Counted from the first letter of the stretch, positions 21,401 through 30,889 are shown. The stretch is DNA of 61,846 nt from a virus (IMGVR_UViG_3300030329_003801:1-61846); one strand, 5' to 3'. Translations and numbers: made by a program. The notes: a model not told the origin generated them from the letters alone.

Positions 21401-24400
21401 TCAAATAAGACAAGCAAGAAAAAAGAACATGCCTTTTTATTCTTTTTTAAATCAATATTCATTTCTGGATACAGGAGAAATACATCCTTATACAAAATTG
21501 TTGTCTACGGTATTTTATCGTGGTAAAGATTATAAGAATTTAGAAACTGCGGACAATATATCTAAAGTCCTATCCCAATACGCCGATAGTTCACGAAAAT
21601 TTGATGATCTTTTTTTAAACGAACAAACCCCTGCACAAATATTAGAGCGTTCAATATTGAATGTTAAAAAAGAAATTTTACCAATTACGGAGGAAGAATT
21701 AAATGGCTACAGAACAAAAGCAGAACAAGTTTCCCCAACAAGACCAGAATCCGATGCAGTATTTCTGGGCGAAAAAGGGGAAAGAAACATTGACTTTGGT
21801 AATGTCAGAGAAACAGGAGACTCTCTCCGAGCAGGAGTACCTGACGTTGCTGAAAGACCGAGTCCAGAACTTAGCAGAGAAGAGCAAGAACGTTTGGGAG
21901 AATCTTCAGAGCGTATTACCGAATCAGGAACTGGCCCTATTAACAGACTGGCAAGAGAGCAAGAGTCTAGGGAATCTGGGAGAAGACCTGATAACGCACA
22001 GCCTGAACAGTTGGATGAATTTACCTCTGGAGCTGAACGAGGTAAAGTTTCCGATACAAGTGAATCAAGACAACAATCTGAAAGAGATTTACAATACGAC
22101 CAACTTGCTAGAGTGGCTTCATCAAAGCTATCCCAAGTATTAGATAAAGTAACAATTAGAACAAAAGAAGGTTCTAGAAAACTTACTCCAATAGAAAAAG
22201 AAAATGTTATTGATGCTTTAACTTTATCAAGAGATTCTTATGTAGAAAAATTTACTGATGAAGGTTTAGGTGGCATTGTTGATATTAAAGGTAGAGTAAA
22301 CTTTACTGTACCTGATTTTGTTAAAAACTTTGAATTAACTGTTGAAGAATTATCATTACCTCCTGAATTAGCTAAAGTTAGAGATAATATTGTTAAAGAT
22401 TTTGCTCTTCCCTATGGGGTAGAAGAATTTGATAGATCTGAAAAAATAAAAGTTAGTAATTGGATTAATATATTTGATCAAAGACTTCCTGAAGATAATA
22501 ATTTTACTCGTGAATATTTAAACTCCAACATTGTTAATACAGCTATTAATAATAAATTTGGGAATCTTCCTAATCCAAGAAAATATTTTTTACAAAAATC
22601 AAATGATTCATTAAAGAATCTTATTAAAGCATTAAAAGAAATTTCAGAAGAATATAAAAGAAAACCTCCCGTTCCTCTTAGTGCAGATGTATCTCCTGAT
22701 GTTAAAAACAAAGATTATAAAAAAGCTAAACCTTTTTTTGAAAAATCTTGGGCTGATGCAAAAGATGCTGGTCTAGGAATAAATGAATGGTTAAGACAAA
22801 TAATAGCAGATCTAAAAAAAGCATTTGGAAAAGTTAAAGAACATCTTAATATAGCTTTATCACATTTAAAAAGATTTGCACAAAGTCTAAGACAAGGTTC
22901 TCTTACTAATACAACTAAAGAAGGAGAGCAAAGTAAATATCAATTAAAACATACGCCTATAAGTAAAGCTAAAAAAATGGAAACATTTACTCCTATTGAT
23001 TTAGATGGACATCTAAAAAAAGGAATGAATGATCTTAGAAAACGAAGAGGAGATATTGATAGATTTGTAACAACAGAGCTTGATTACAAAGATGAAAATG
23101 AAATGGTCAATAACCTTGGAGCTGAACAGGTTGAAGCTGTTGCTCTTGCAATTGATCAATTAGATAGTGGAAAAGGATTTGTTCTTGGTGATCAAACAGG
23201 TGTAGGAAAAGGTCGTGTAGTTGCAGCAATGCTACGATGGTCTAAATTAAGAGGAAAGAATGCAGTATTTGTAACGCAGAAACCTGCTTTATATGCTGAT
23301 ATGATTCGTGACTTAAATGATATTGGTGAAAATATTCAGGATATAAAAATACTTCCAACAAATAATGGTTTAAATATTGATGTTAGTGATGTACCAACAT
23401 TTGGGGAAATTGTCACACCAAGTAAAAAAGAACATGAACAAGAATTAGATAGATTAACAAAATTAGGTAATATGGAAGAATACGATTATGTATTTACTAC
23501 CTATGACCAAATGAATAGAATTGGTGGTAAAATAGATACTCGTCATCAATTCTTAGAAACAATTGCAGAAAATTCTATATTTATTCTTGATGAAAGTCAC
23601 ACAGGTGGAGGACAAGGAATAGGTAAGTTTTCTTCTGTTCCTTTTGATTCAGTTGGAATGACACGAGCTGATTTTCTAAGAGATTTGTTAAGAAGATCTC
23701 AAGGTGCTATGTATTCATCAGCAACATGGGCAAAGAATCCAAAGGTTATGGATTTATATTTAAATACCGATATTCAAGATTCTATTCCAGATGCAGAAGA
23801 GTTTATTGATACTATGATAAAAGGAGGTCTTCCTTTACAATCTGTTGTATCTAATATGTTAGCTGAAACTGGTCAATATAGAAGAGTGGAAAAAAGTTTT
23901 CAAGGTATAAGATTTAATACTGTTGAAATTAATATAGATAAAAAAGGTTTAACTGAAACAGCGAATAATCTTTCTTCTGTTTATCAAGACCTTGTTTCTT
24001 TAGATAGAAAAATTTCAGCTATTACCAGAGCATTAATAAATATTGATCCTGTATTACAAGAAGCAAGAAAAAAAGGGGCTAAAGTTCAAATAACACCAAG
24101 TAATTTTAAATCTCAAATGCATTATATTTCTGGACAGTTAATGACTGCTATGAAAATAAAAGAAGTAGGTGAGATGGCAATTAAAGAACACAAAGCTGGA
24201 AGAAAGCCAATGATTGTTTTATCAAGAACAATGGAGGCTTTTCTTACGCAATATGCTGCTGAAAATAATCTTAAATCAGGAGATGTCATTAACTTAACAT
24301 ACAATGATCTCTTACTTAAATATTTAAAACGATTAAAACAATTTAAAGTAAAAATAGAAAAGCAAAAAGTTGCAAGTATAGGAACACATCAAGCAAAAAT

Positions 24401-27400
24401 TGTTAATAGAGAACCTGTCTTTATATTAAACAATTCTTCTATAGAAAATATTGCAGAAAGTCTTGGTTATGGAGATATTATAGGAGAATTTAATGCATTA
24501 GAACAAAAAATAAAATCTTTAGATTTTAAAGATTTAAGTGTTAAACCTATAGATGATCTTATTGTTACTTTAGAAAATGCTGGGATAAAAGTTAGGGAAC
24601 TAACTGGTCGTGGTATGACTATTACTAAAGATAACAAATTAAAATCTAGAGCTAATAGCCCATCTGTTATTCGCAATGGTGTTAATGAATTTAATGCTGG
24701 AGAAGTAAATGCTCTTGTAATGAATAGAACAGCAGGAACAGGATTATCTATGCATTCTAGTGAATCATTTGCTGATCAAAAACAACGTCATATGATTGTC
24801 TTAGAAGCAGAACCTAATGTTACAGATTTTGTTCAAATTTTAGGTAGAATAAATAGAACTGGACAAGTTATTGTTCCTCAGTATTCATTGTTTAATACAA
24901 GTCATCCAGCTGAAAAAAGAATTGCGGCAATGCTGGAAAGAAAAATGGCATCTCTTAATGCTTCAACAAGTGGATCAATTAAAAATGATTATAGCGTTAA
25001 GGGTATTGTAGACTTTATGAATGCGGCTGGTGATAAAGCCGTAAGGGAATTTTTGCAATCTAATGCAAGTATGAGATCTTTGTTTACTAATTCAGATAAA
25101 GAATTAGAAGAAATAACAGGTATAGCTGATGCTGTAGCTCGTGGATTATTAATAATGGATCCAGCAACAGCTAATAAATTTTATGATTTTGTTTTAAAAA
25201 GATATACAGAAATTAAAGAAGAAGAAACAGGACTTGGTATTAATAAGAATAATATTATTATTATGCCAGATACTCAAGCTGTAACAACCGAACAACAAGA
25301 ATTACATGATGGATTATCTGATGGAAGCCCTTTTCAAAAGCCAGTATATCTTGATAATATTACTATGAAAAAAGTTGTTAAACCTTATACTGTAGCTCAA
25401 TTAAGAAAGAAAATTGAAGATGTTCTTGAAGGAAAAAATATTCAACAATTTTCAGCAAATGAAATTGCAGAAACAAGAAAAGTTTTTGAAGAAGCTATTA
25501 ATGAAGTAAAAACAAAATTTCAAACAGAGACTGAGGATATTGTAGATCCAAAGAAAAAAACTGAAAAAGAACATCGATCAGCAAAAGAAATAAAAAGATT
25601 AGAAACACTCTGGACTGCAATAGAATCACATATTGCTAAATATCCAATTGGTTCTACTATTCAAATAAGAGTTGGAAAAGAAGAAGAGTCTCCTGTTTAT
25701 GACGGAATGGTTATTAATAGAAAAAGAGATACTTCAAAGAATCCTGCAACATCAGGAGCAATACAAATAACACTTGCTTTGGCAAATGGAGAAACACAGC
25801 AAGTAACTGTTGCTCTTTCTCGTTTTATTAAGAATGATGGAACAAGCGGTGAGTCTATATTACGATCAGTTGAATCATCTAAAGTACAAGAATTATTTAC
25901 ATCAGGACAAAAAGAAACAACTGAAGAAAGACATCTTATAACAGGAAATCTTTTATTGGGATCAAGTTTAATTAAAGGTGGAAACTTTGTTAACATTCAG
26001 AAAAGAGTAGGTGATACAGCAGAATTTGATCAGGTGATTGGTATTCTTATGCCTAAAACATTTGATGTTAAAAAAGCTATTGAAAATATGCCTTTTAAAT
26101 TTGGTAGTGAAGAGGAAGTATATCAGTATTTTGTTGAAGCTGGAAAAAATGCTAAAGTTAAAAATTACAGAGGCGATATTGAAATATTTGCCGCTCCGTC
26201 TTTACCCAATGTAGCTTTCATAAGAGTTAAGAAAAGTGCAAAACTTATATTAGAAAATGAAGCTATAACAAATAGACTTCAAAATGGATGGAAGAAAATG
26301 ACTGGGGAATTTAGTCATGCAGGAAGAATTTCTCTCGTGGAAAATGCACCAAATAAAAGTAGCTTGTATGATGTTCTACAGCATATGCATGAACTAGGAA
26401 TTAAATTTCAAACAGTAACTAATCGTGAAGCTGCTCAAAGTGCAAAAGATAATGTTAGACCAAACAATGCTGGAGAAGGCGGTAGTGTTGGTGCAATGAA
26501 AACACCAAAAGATCTAATTGACTCTATAAAGGATGAAACAAATGTTAGCCGTAATTCCCTGTTCAAGAGAATAAGAAACAGTATGACTTCAATGGCACAA
26601 TCTGTCAATGAAAGATACAGTGCAAGAAAGAATCCTAGAGTTGGAGAAACAAGACAGTTTAATAGCAGAACTAATGAACATGCTGATAATATTATTATGC
26701 CAGAGGTTAATGATAGTATTAATATTAAAACAGGCATATTCCCAGCAATAACTACTGGTATGTTAAAAAAAATATTACCACCATTTGTTGTTGCTAAAAG
26801 ATTTGCAGATAAAACTATTTTTGATTTTGTTAGAAAAGCAATTGCAGCACAGGCAATGATAAGAAAAGTTGGATATAGATTAGAGGATGATTTTTTAAGT
26901 ATTAAAAGAAAATACAAGAAAGCAGATTTTAATAAAGTTGTTGATATATTGTGGTCTGGTGATTCAGCAGGAAGAATATTTACCGCCAAAGAATTAAAAG
27001 AAGGATTTACATTTACAAAAGAGGAAAAGGCAGAGTTAAAAAAACAAGGACACAGTGCAAAAGAAATAAACAGAGCTGAAAAAGAAAGTAAGTTTACTGA
27101 CGATGAAGTTGCAATGTACTTGGAAATGAGAAAACTATTTGAAAAAATAGGAAGGTATATTGATAAACATAACTTTAATATGGTTCCTTTCATAAGAAGA
27201 ATGAAAACACTTCGCAAGAAACAAATGGAATCACAGGTTAATCCAGAATTTCTTAATGATTTAAGAACATTGTTTGCAAGAAAGTTTTTATTGGAAAGAC
27301 AATTTAGAAATAACATTGGTAATCCAGAATTATTACGACAAGAACTTCAATCAATTGATGAACAAATATTATCTATTCCTTTAATAAAGTATAGTGATGC

Positions 27401-29933
27401 AGCATTTGAAAAATTTAATAGTTCTGTTGGTCAATATGTTTTAGAAGAAAGAAAATTAATGAGCATATCTGTTAGAAAAAAAGTTGGATATGTTCCTCAT
27501 ATATTCTTTGGATCATTTAGATTAAAAGTATTAAAAGGAATAGATAAAGAATCTGGTCAGGAAATTTGGGAAGATCTTATTGTTCCTGAAACATCGAAAG
27601 ATTTGGCTAAAAAATTAAAAGCACAAGGTAGATCAGAAAAACAAATACAAGATATTATTAATGATCTTGAATCAAGTAAGCATACTTTATTTTACAACAC
27701 AAAAGATGAAGCTCTCAAGGCAGCACAAAGATATGTAAAGGAAAATCCGACAGGTACTGTTAAGATTGCACCTGTTAATATAAATTATATGTTTGATGAC
27801 AGGACTGTGTTGAATGACAGGGAGTACAAAAACATTATGGAGGGAATTACTTCTTCTTTATCAGAAGAATTAAAACCTGAAGATGTTGCTGTTGTTGGTG
27901 AAAGAGCAAAAGAAACAATGAAAAGAAGAGGCAGACGAAGAATACCAACTTTTTCTATGAAAAGAAAAGGTATTCCGGGTTATGAAAAAAATCTTAATCA
28001 AGTTTTTAAAATGTTTGCGGCATCCGTTTCTCGTTATAGATATATGGATGAATTAAAATATGATCATGTTAATCTTATGGAAAGAAAAGGCTGGGGGGAA
28101 GTTAGTGAAATTACTGATCCTGATGGAAGAAAAATAGCTGAATGGCTTCAAACTTATTGGAAAGATTTAAATAATGAACAACAAGGAGGAGAACATACTG
28201 TAGATAGACTTTTGGATGAAATGCAAAAAACTTTTGCTGGTAATCCAAAACTATGGGCTACATTTGCAATTTCTTCACCTGTTGTTGCTCTTGGTTTGGG
28301 TTCTACTTTAGGTACAGCAGGACTTGCTGGTCTTGGTGGATACCTAATGTATAAAGCAATGAAGACGCAAAAATTTAAATCTCGTGCTGTAACAGGACAA
28401 ATGCTTTCAATTTCAGCTCATATGAAACTCGGTGCTTTCTTTAATATATCTTCAGCATTTGTTAACTTATCTCAGTTAGCCAATGTATATACAAAACATG
28501 GTGGAACAAATACAACAGTTGCACTTAGAAGAGCAACAGCAGCATTATTTAGAATGGCTAGAAGAGACTTTGAGACAATACTTAAAAATCCAGAAAAGTA
28601 TAGTACAGCAAAAGTTAATGCGGCAAGAGATGCATTAATGTTAAAAAAATATGCAGATGTAAAATCAGAATATTTTTATACTGATGAAAATCCTGATATA
28701 TTTGCAGAAAGAAGTAAGCTCGGAGAATTTTCAATGATGTGGTTTCAGACGGCTGAGACAATTAACCGTTCAGTTTCATTCTTTGCTGGATTTCATGAAT
28801 CAACAAAAGCAGGAAAAAATAGAAAACAATCTATAGAAGCAGGTAAAAAATCTATTCAAGAACAACAATTTAGTTATGATAATTCAGCAAAACCAGAGTT
28901 ATTAAGAAGCACTCTACTTCGTGTTCCACTTCAATTTAAAAACTGGATGATGCAACAAATCGCTTTTATGGGTGGTCTTAGAGGATGGGAATGGCCTCGT
29001 TTCTTAGCTCTTTATTTTTTACTAGCTGGTGCATTAGGAAATACATTCCTTGCTTTAGCAGATCATATACTTAGATTGTTTGGATTTTCTCCAATGCAAT
29101 ACATCAAAGAATGGTCTGTAGAAATGGCAGGTAAAGGAGAAACAGAAGCAATGGTTGGTCAAATGATTGCTCATGGATTGCCGTCAGTAGTGTCATCTAC
29201 GGGATGGGGGCCGGGAATAAATCTTTCATCAAGAGTTGGATTAGGAGATAAAGGTCTTCCAACAGAATTAAGAGATTTTCAAGGGCCACTTTTAAGTACT
29301 TTTCTTAATATGTATAAATTAAGTTCAGAAGGTGCATCCATTGGAGATCATATTGCAAACATTACACCAGCAGGTAAAGTATTTAAAGGTGTTGAAGCAA
29401 TGGCAGGAGGAATGCCTTTGGAATCTGTGTTTACAGATTTTCCAGAGTTTAGTCAGAATTTTATGGCTAATTGGCGTGATGAACAAGAAGCAACAGTTGT
29501 TGATGCTTATCGTAATAGAAATATTAAGATAGAAGGATTTAGTGACGGAGATCTTCTACGAATGATGTTAGGATTCCAGACAACAAAAGAAGCACAGATT
29601 TCGGATTTTGTTGGAGGAATAAAAAAACAAAATGAACTTCGTTCAGAGGAAATGAATTTTGTTAAAACAAAAATAAATAATGCCGTAAGAAAATATAAGA
29701 ATAATTCTGATAAACTTGGAAAAGAGTTACAAAAGATCATTGAAGAAGCAATGGAAGACGGTGTCAATATTACTTATCAAGGTATTAAGAGAATGATTAT
29801 TGATGCTCACCTTTCCCTGATGGACAGGGAGTTCAAAAATGCTCCTAAACATCAAAAGGAATGGATATTAAACAATATTCAGAACATGGAAAACCTGTAC
29901 GGTTCTGATGCAATAGGGAGTTATATAGACTAA
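15462..29933 (+). CDS. Giant polyvalent ejection protein (ParB-like + DdrB-like ParB + Strawberry-notch SF2 helicase)
   Basis: 4823 aa. EGRH..AFKELG..KVP (~aa1400); GAPIV..DNVVESGNGR (~aa1760); GFVLGDQTGVGKGR Walker A (~aa2575), FILDESH, SSATWAK, ELTGR, GTGLSMH, VQILGRINRTGQ; hydrophobic segments near both ends. Confidence 0.85.
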   Translation: MTPLEQLRSNKPDLYGIAESQLTDMLWDQLGKDKYADESIFREYLTTDTGLFDKSRLKTITPTIESEQQVLPEEKVDEEVSPFRQKEYWVDVLQNIAQQAVTTTGLTMQGMSGLKAFSELPEEKQKLVFAEDTALYKTFKKLGLLNEDDKLDLSWLPSEDREIGYLREKSTEILANPDSYTDDRIEWAKNTQQFLQDREEARVDIKDRPLYKAGEKVQEWGKEAIPIDREKWSQNYLANLLLDTTGVIGSTLPFIATGMVGSSIRVGAVTLALPATMSVGAGEAVERAYDYQEQDGVRNEDDIAIAAILGTVPGAVDYMPVGILLNRFNHYRPEGKKFIRRFLEAAVSQGLWEGTTEEVQQFLQNMIAQDYNANQKLSENLGKQFLPAFLGGGIMGGIGMSGKTTPTDPKDEIKEKVIDKEIGDKPTEEQKEKADEGSPDEVKKDFSPDGFPPVGATNIDVNEAGVDIGNGKIISYDRDPEDDSMHVKMEMEDGTIIDRPVDEIDMVWNDRPDVDLPEGAPLTKAQQEQYDAAEPGTIVTITNEDGQVVQYMEKPAVAEEEVIPDEEITEEQAAQRDNHQQADSSFWTTLYTIQQKLGDESAERYFNEAIKKMKFPPVDRETGERQTWEDVKDDLRKNPDKYAGYGGTTVANQEWLNMPVGNARSFFKAHKWIHTQAGEEMLPIPETDEEFFQQQEEKRKPKEEVASVEEEVTPVEEVKEPKTKVLTDNIKKLGDWNNVFEANKENEDAVNQLTNFNLEDLIEYENNVTVLNQAKNKLYKTKALGDNTVAKSNIQLVQNRIAELEGRPVEEVTPIVKPVEEKKPKEFIDEILSSKETEEKVEEKVEDKTTGAEELAGMNNEQIGSLIDDIVSEVEVEEKAPVEKKVVEEKVKEIVEEAKPTQQISAKYLKSKEPIKLKSQKARGEELASVFLDAVPLNKNAIIEELKSIGIDKVLNLKQIQDNINNIKKQALDLNIINDINISNEELFAEIILKNNAESIKANKRRVEEAEKIGITKEELKKESFATLAKLADNNYVKNIQSDQGITAFLVRFFNNAKALSLGYKRGSGERLANDFEMLLYHVPFIDTKNYQEVLAVQNLRANYKLKNNKQIFNDLVNKKITASDIVKQVEAPSEIKVEGYTKPFNNIGQWNKSAISKSDIVHDKTPTGKPKGNVTNRKNAYETLLDLINTDISVLINKENNVGLLNVTKGVLEKNAYINYSETGLSQYFIGSEGITPKNVKSNLESVNDRIAEIKGEKKPVAEEKPKVEFVPLKNAKPEEYFDLFETDPKKYDKNIPEMFTINYNKNESVREESYTDLILIPVDDALKLINTPKAESLVEGRVDSIKKDIVSGRKITKLTTALYMGIESEHLKKAGGNLPNIIEPDSSGSMIRGGSEGRHIVHAFKELGIDKVPFVLTADGKPGEFKFRHKNNWRPNYVIVNETQPTFPDKKVSTKNWIYYSDLVEEKPKVELFKEKEVVSEKGGIWRRKGLYYVNSDYKNWRVHKVGFTPLNPWQFDYLTPEGNWQFIGTYSKVGISQGWIERFALAFEQDPSKFLGSRMGTFQNKSGEGTKEREFTFAFNTKWTKDLFEKLNPKLNKELGDQFLPSGNKIGEYYIYITPRKYEERPELDIATRDFYKRLYKEDWVQGTNIKGEYDIIFTKEKPKVETPKPIFSLSGTKPATTPDNLTTIDYKTEIVPLSQLITSDNKNKFPQVLQPRERDSKPSEMQVELIAKNPKADWLGEENRTDQGAPIVGPDNVVESGNGRVMGLRLSSKQFPTEFQKYLQDIAVDIGTDTVEQKKIADTLEKKFNEGDPSIVVRRRVTSFSEQERIKFTQDSNSSSLLTKSPAEQARIDASRMPEGLIDLYEGGLVALEKNREFVRGFYNIIPKNEQREILDDAGDLTQNGVRRIENSLIIRAFGDISLFNRIAESTTPEVKALSESFLMAAPRWIKLRESVESGVIPKEFDLTYHVIDAVNQIRQARKKNMPFYSFLNQYSFLDTGEIHPYTKLLSTVFYRGKDYKNLETADNISKVLSQYADSSRKFDDLFLNEQTPAQILERSILNVKKEILPITEEELNGYRTKAEQVSPTRPESDAVFLGEKGERNIDFGNVRETGDSLRAGVPDVAERPSPELSREEQERLGESSERITESGTGPINRLAREQESRESGRRPDNAQPEQLDEFTSGAERGKVSDTSESRQQSERDLQYDQLARVASSKLSQVLDKVTIRTKEGSRKLTPIEKENVIDALTLSRDSYVEKFTDEGLGGIVDIKGRVNFTVPDFVKNFELTVEELSLPPELAKVRDNIVKDFALPYGVEEFDRSEKIKVSNWINIFDQRLPEDNNFTREYLNSNIVNTAINNKFGNLPNPRKYFLQKSNDSLKNLIKALKEISEEYKRKPPVPLSADVSPDVKNKDYKKAKPFFEKSWADAKDAGLGINEWLRQIIADLKKAFGKVKEHLNIALSHLKRFAQSLRQGSLTNTTKEGEQSKYQLKHTPISKAKKMETFTPIDLDGHLKKGMNDLRKRRGDIDRFVTTELDYKDENEMVNNLGAEQVEAVALAIDQLDSGKGFVLGDQTGVGKGRVVAAMLRWSKLRGKNAVFVTQKPALYADMIRDLNDIGENIQDIKILPTNNGLNIDVSDVPTFGEIVTPSKKEHEQELDRLTKLGNMEEYDYVFTTYDQMNRIGGKIDTRHQFLETIAENSIFILDESHTGGGQGIGKFSSVPFDSVGMTRADFLRDLLRRSQGAMYSSATWAKNPKVMDLYLNTDIQDSIPDAEEFIDTMIKGGLPLQSVVSNMLAETGQYRRVEKSFQGIRFNTVEINIDKKGLTETANNLSSVYQDLVSLDRKISAITRALINIDPVLQEARKKGAKVQITPSNFKSQMHYISGQLMTAMKIKEVGEMAIKEHKAGRKPMIVLSRTMEAFLTQYAAENNLKSGDVINLTYNDLLLKYLKRLKQFKVKIEKQKVASIGTHQAKIVNREPVFILNNSSIENIAESLGYGDIIGEFNALEQKIKSLDFKDLSVKPIDDLIVTLENAGIKVRELTGRGMTITKDNKLKSRANSPSVIRNGVNEFNAGEVNALVMNRTAGTGLSMHSSESFADQKQRHMIVLEAEPNVTDFVQILGRINRTGQVIVPQYSLFNTSHPAEKRIAAMLERKMASLNASTSGSIKNDYSVKGIVDFMNAAGDKAVREFLQSNASMRSLFTNSDKELEEITGIADAVARGLLIMDPATANKFYDFVLKRYTEIKEEETGLGINKNNIIIMPDTQAVTTEQQELHDGLSDGSPFQKPVYLDNITMKKVVKPYTVAQLRKKIEDVLEGKNIQQFSANEIAETRKVFEEAINEVKTKFQTETEDIVDPKKKTEKEHRSAKEIKRLETLWTAIESHIAKYPIGSTIQIRVGKEEESPVYDGMVINRKRDTSKNPATSGAIQITLALANGETQQVTVALSRFIKNDGTSGESILRSVESSKVQELFTSGQKETTEERHLITGNLLLGSSLIKGGNFVNIQKRVGDTAEFDQVIGILMPKTFDVKKAIENMPFKFGSEEEVYQYFVEAGKNAKVKNYRGDIEIFAAPSLPNVAFIRVKKSAKLILENEAITNRLQNGWKKMTGEFSHAGRISLVENAPNKSSLYDVLQHMHELGIKFQTVTNREAAQSAKDNVRPNNAGEGGSVGAMKTPKDLIDSIKDETNVSRNSLFKRIRNSMTSMAQSVNERYSARKNPRVGETRQFNSRTNEHADNIIMPEVNDSINIKTGIFPAITTGMLKKILPPFVVAKRFADKTIFDFVRKAIAAQAMIRKVGYRLEDDFLSIKRKYKKADFNKVVDILWSGDSAGRIFTAKELKEGFTFTKEEKAELKKQGHSAKEINRAEKESKFTDDEVAMYLEMRKLFEKIGRYIDKHNFNMVPFIRRMKTLRKKQMESQVNPEFLNDLRTLFARKFLLERQFRNNIGNPELLRQELQSIDEQILSIPLIKYSDAAFEKFNSSVGQYVLEERKLMSISVRKKVGYVPHIFFGSFRLKVLKGIDKESGQEIWEDLIVPETSKDLAKKLKAQGRSEKQIQDIINDLESSKHTLFYNTKDEALKAAQRYVKENPTGTVKIAPVNINYMFDDRTVLNDREYKNIMEGITSSLSEELKPEDVAVVGERAKETMKRRGRRRIPTFSMKRKGIPGYEKNLNQVFKMFAASVSRYRYMDELKYDHVNLMERKGWGEVSEITDPDGRKIAEWLQTYWKDLNNEQQGGEHTVDRLLDEMQKTFAGNPKLWATFAISSPVVALGLGSTLGTAGLAGLGGYLMYKAMKTQKFKSRAVTGQMLSISAHMKLGAFFNISSAFVNLSQLANVYTKHGGTNTTVALRRATAALFRMARRDFETILKNPEKYSTAKVNAARDALMLKKYADVKSEYFYTDENPDIFAERSKLGEFSMMWFQTAETINRSVSFFAGFHESTKAGKNRKQSIEAGKKSIQEQQFSYDNSAKPELLRSTLLRVPLQFKNWMMQQIAFMGGLRGWEWPRFLALYFLLAGALGNTFLALADHILRLFGFSPMQYIKEWSVEMAGKGETEAMVGQMIAHGLPSVVSSTGWGPGINLSSRVGLGDKGLPTELRDFQGPLLSTFLNMYKLSSEGASIGDHIANITPAGKVFKGVEAMAGGMPLESVFTDFPEFSQNFMANWRDEQEATVVDAYRNRNIKIEGFSDGDLLRMMLGFQTTKEAQISDFVGGIKKQNELRSEEMNFVKTKINNAVRKYKNNSDKLGKELQKIIEEAMEDGVNITYQGIKRMIIDAHLSLMDREFKNAPKHQKEWILNNIQNMENLYGSDAIGSYID
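19250..20468 (+). repeat. Three direct repeats (A)GAAGAAAAACCTAAAGTAGAA-type inside giant gene
   Basis: Identical 22-mer at 19250-19271 and 19859-19880; 20-nt core AAGAAAAACCTAAAGTAGAA at 20449-20468; all encode EKPKVE. Confidence 0.9.
21703..22143 (+). CDS. Nested +1-frame gene inside giant ORF (146 aa, unknown function)
   Basis: GGAGG at 21689-21693, 9 nt before ATG; open for 146 codons; host frame here is a disordered R/E/S/G linker with raised GC. Confidence 0.6.
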   Translation: MATEQKQNKFPQQDQNPMQYFWAKKGKETLTLVMSEKQETLSEQEYLTLLKDRVQNLAEKSKNVWENLQSVLPNQELALLTDWQESKSLGNLGEDLITHSLNSWMNLPLELNEVKFPIQVNQDNNLKEIYNTTNLLEWLHQSYPKY

Positions 29934-30127
29934 TGGCTGACTGGGAAAAAGAGATTGCGGAGCTTAAAACTGATGTCCGTTATATTAGAGAAGATATAGG
30001 AATTATGCAAAAACAGATAAGAGATCTCAATAAAACCAGTCATATGGGTGTTGGTGGATTAAAAGTTTTCCTTTTAATTGGCGGAATTCTGGGAGCTATT
30101 TGGACTTTTATGAAAATAACAGATTAA
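29933..30127 (+). CDS. Coiled-coil + C-terminal TM protein (holin/XhlA-like)
   Basis: Heptad N-terminus, TM GLKVFLLIGGILGAIWTF; TAATG overlap. Confidence 0.65.
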   Translation: MADWEKEIAELKTDVRYIREDIGIMQKQIRDLNKTSHMGVGGLKVFLLIGGILGAIWTFMKITD

Positions 30128-30181
30128 CTCTTGACAACTACATGTAGTAGAACATATGTAGAACACAAACAATATATAGAT

Positions 30182-30889
30182 ATGAAATCATACAAGAAAA
30201 TTTTTGTGATTTCAGATTTGCATGCACCATACTCGCACCCCGATAGTCTGGAGTTCATAAGCAAAATTAATAAGAAATACTCTCCCGATTGTGTAGTAAA
30301 TATGGGAGATGAGCTGGATTTTTCAGCATCAAGTTATCACGAATCATCTACAGAATTATATAATCCTTCTAAAGAGTTAGAAGAAGGTAGAAAAATACTA
30401 AAAAAGCTGGAAAAAATGTTTCCTTCCATGCATTTATTACATTCTAATCATGGCAGTATGGCTTTTAGAAAAGCAAATACAGCAGGATTAGCACAAAGTT
30501 TATTAAAACCTTATCACGAAATGATAGGAGTTAGTAATAAATGGACATGGCATGATACCCTAACATTAAATACACCAATGGGTAATGTATATTTTGTTCA
30601 CCAGCAATCATCAAATGTTTTACAGGTTTGTGCTGCAGTATCCATGAATGTGGTTCAAGCACACTACCATACGAAAGCGGTCATAAATTACATAAGTAGC
30701 CCAGAGAAATTAATGTGGGCAATGAATGTAGGATGTATGATTGATAAGAATCATCTCGCTTTTAAATATAGCAGGGTCATAGTCAAAAGACCGATATTAT
30801 CCTGTGCAGTTATTACAAATGGAATACCACAATTAGTACCTATGGTTTTAAAAAGAAATGGTAGATGGGACAAAAAAGTTCATCTATGA
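30182..30889 (+). CDS. Calcineurin-like metallophosphoesterase
   Basis: VISDLHAP, NMGDELD, SNH, AHYH motifs; the track's TTG start at 30131 looks more like a TTGACA -35 box. Confidence 0.8.
   Translation: MKSYKKIFVISDLHAPYSHPDSLEFISKINKKYSPDCVVNMGDELDFSASSYHESSTELYNPSKELEEGRKILKKLEKMFPSMHLLHSNHGSMAFRKANTAGLAQSLLKPYHEMIGVSNKWTWHDTLTLNTPMGNVYFVHQQSSNVLQVCAAVSMNVVQAHYHTKAVINYISSPEKLMWAMNVGCMIDKNHLAFKYSRVIVKRPILSCAVITNGIPQLVPMVLKRNGRWDKKVHL

Noticed and set aside
26435-27316. 293-aa minus-strand ORF inside the giant gene
   Set aside because: F/L/S/I-rich composition expected from the antisense of a K/E-rich frame; no SD or motif
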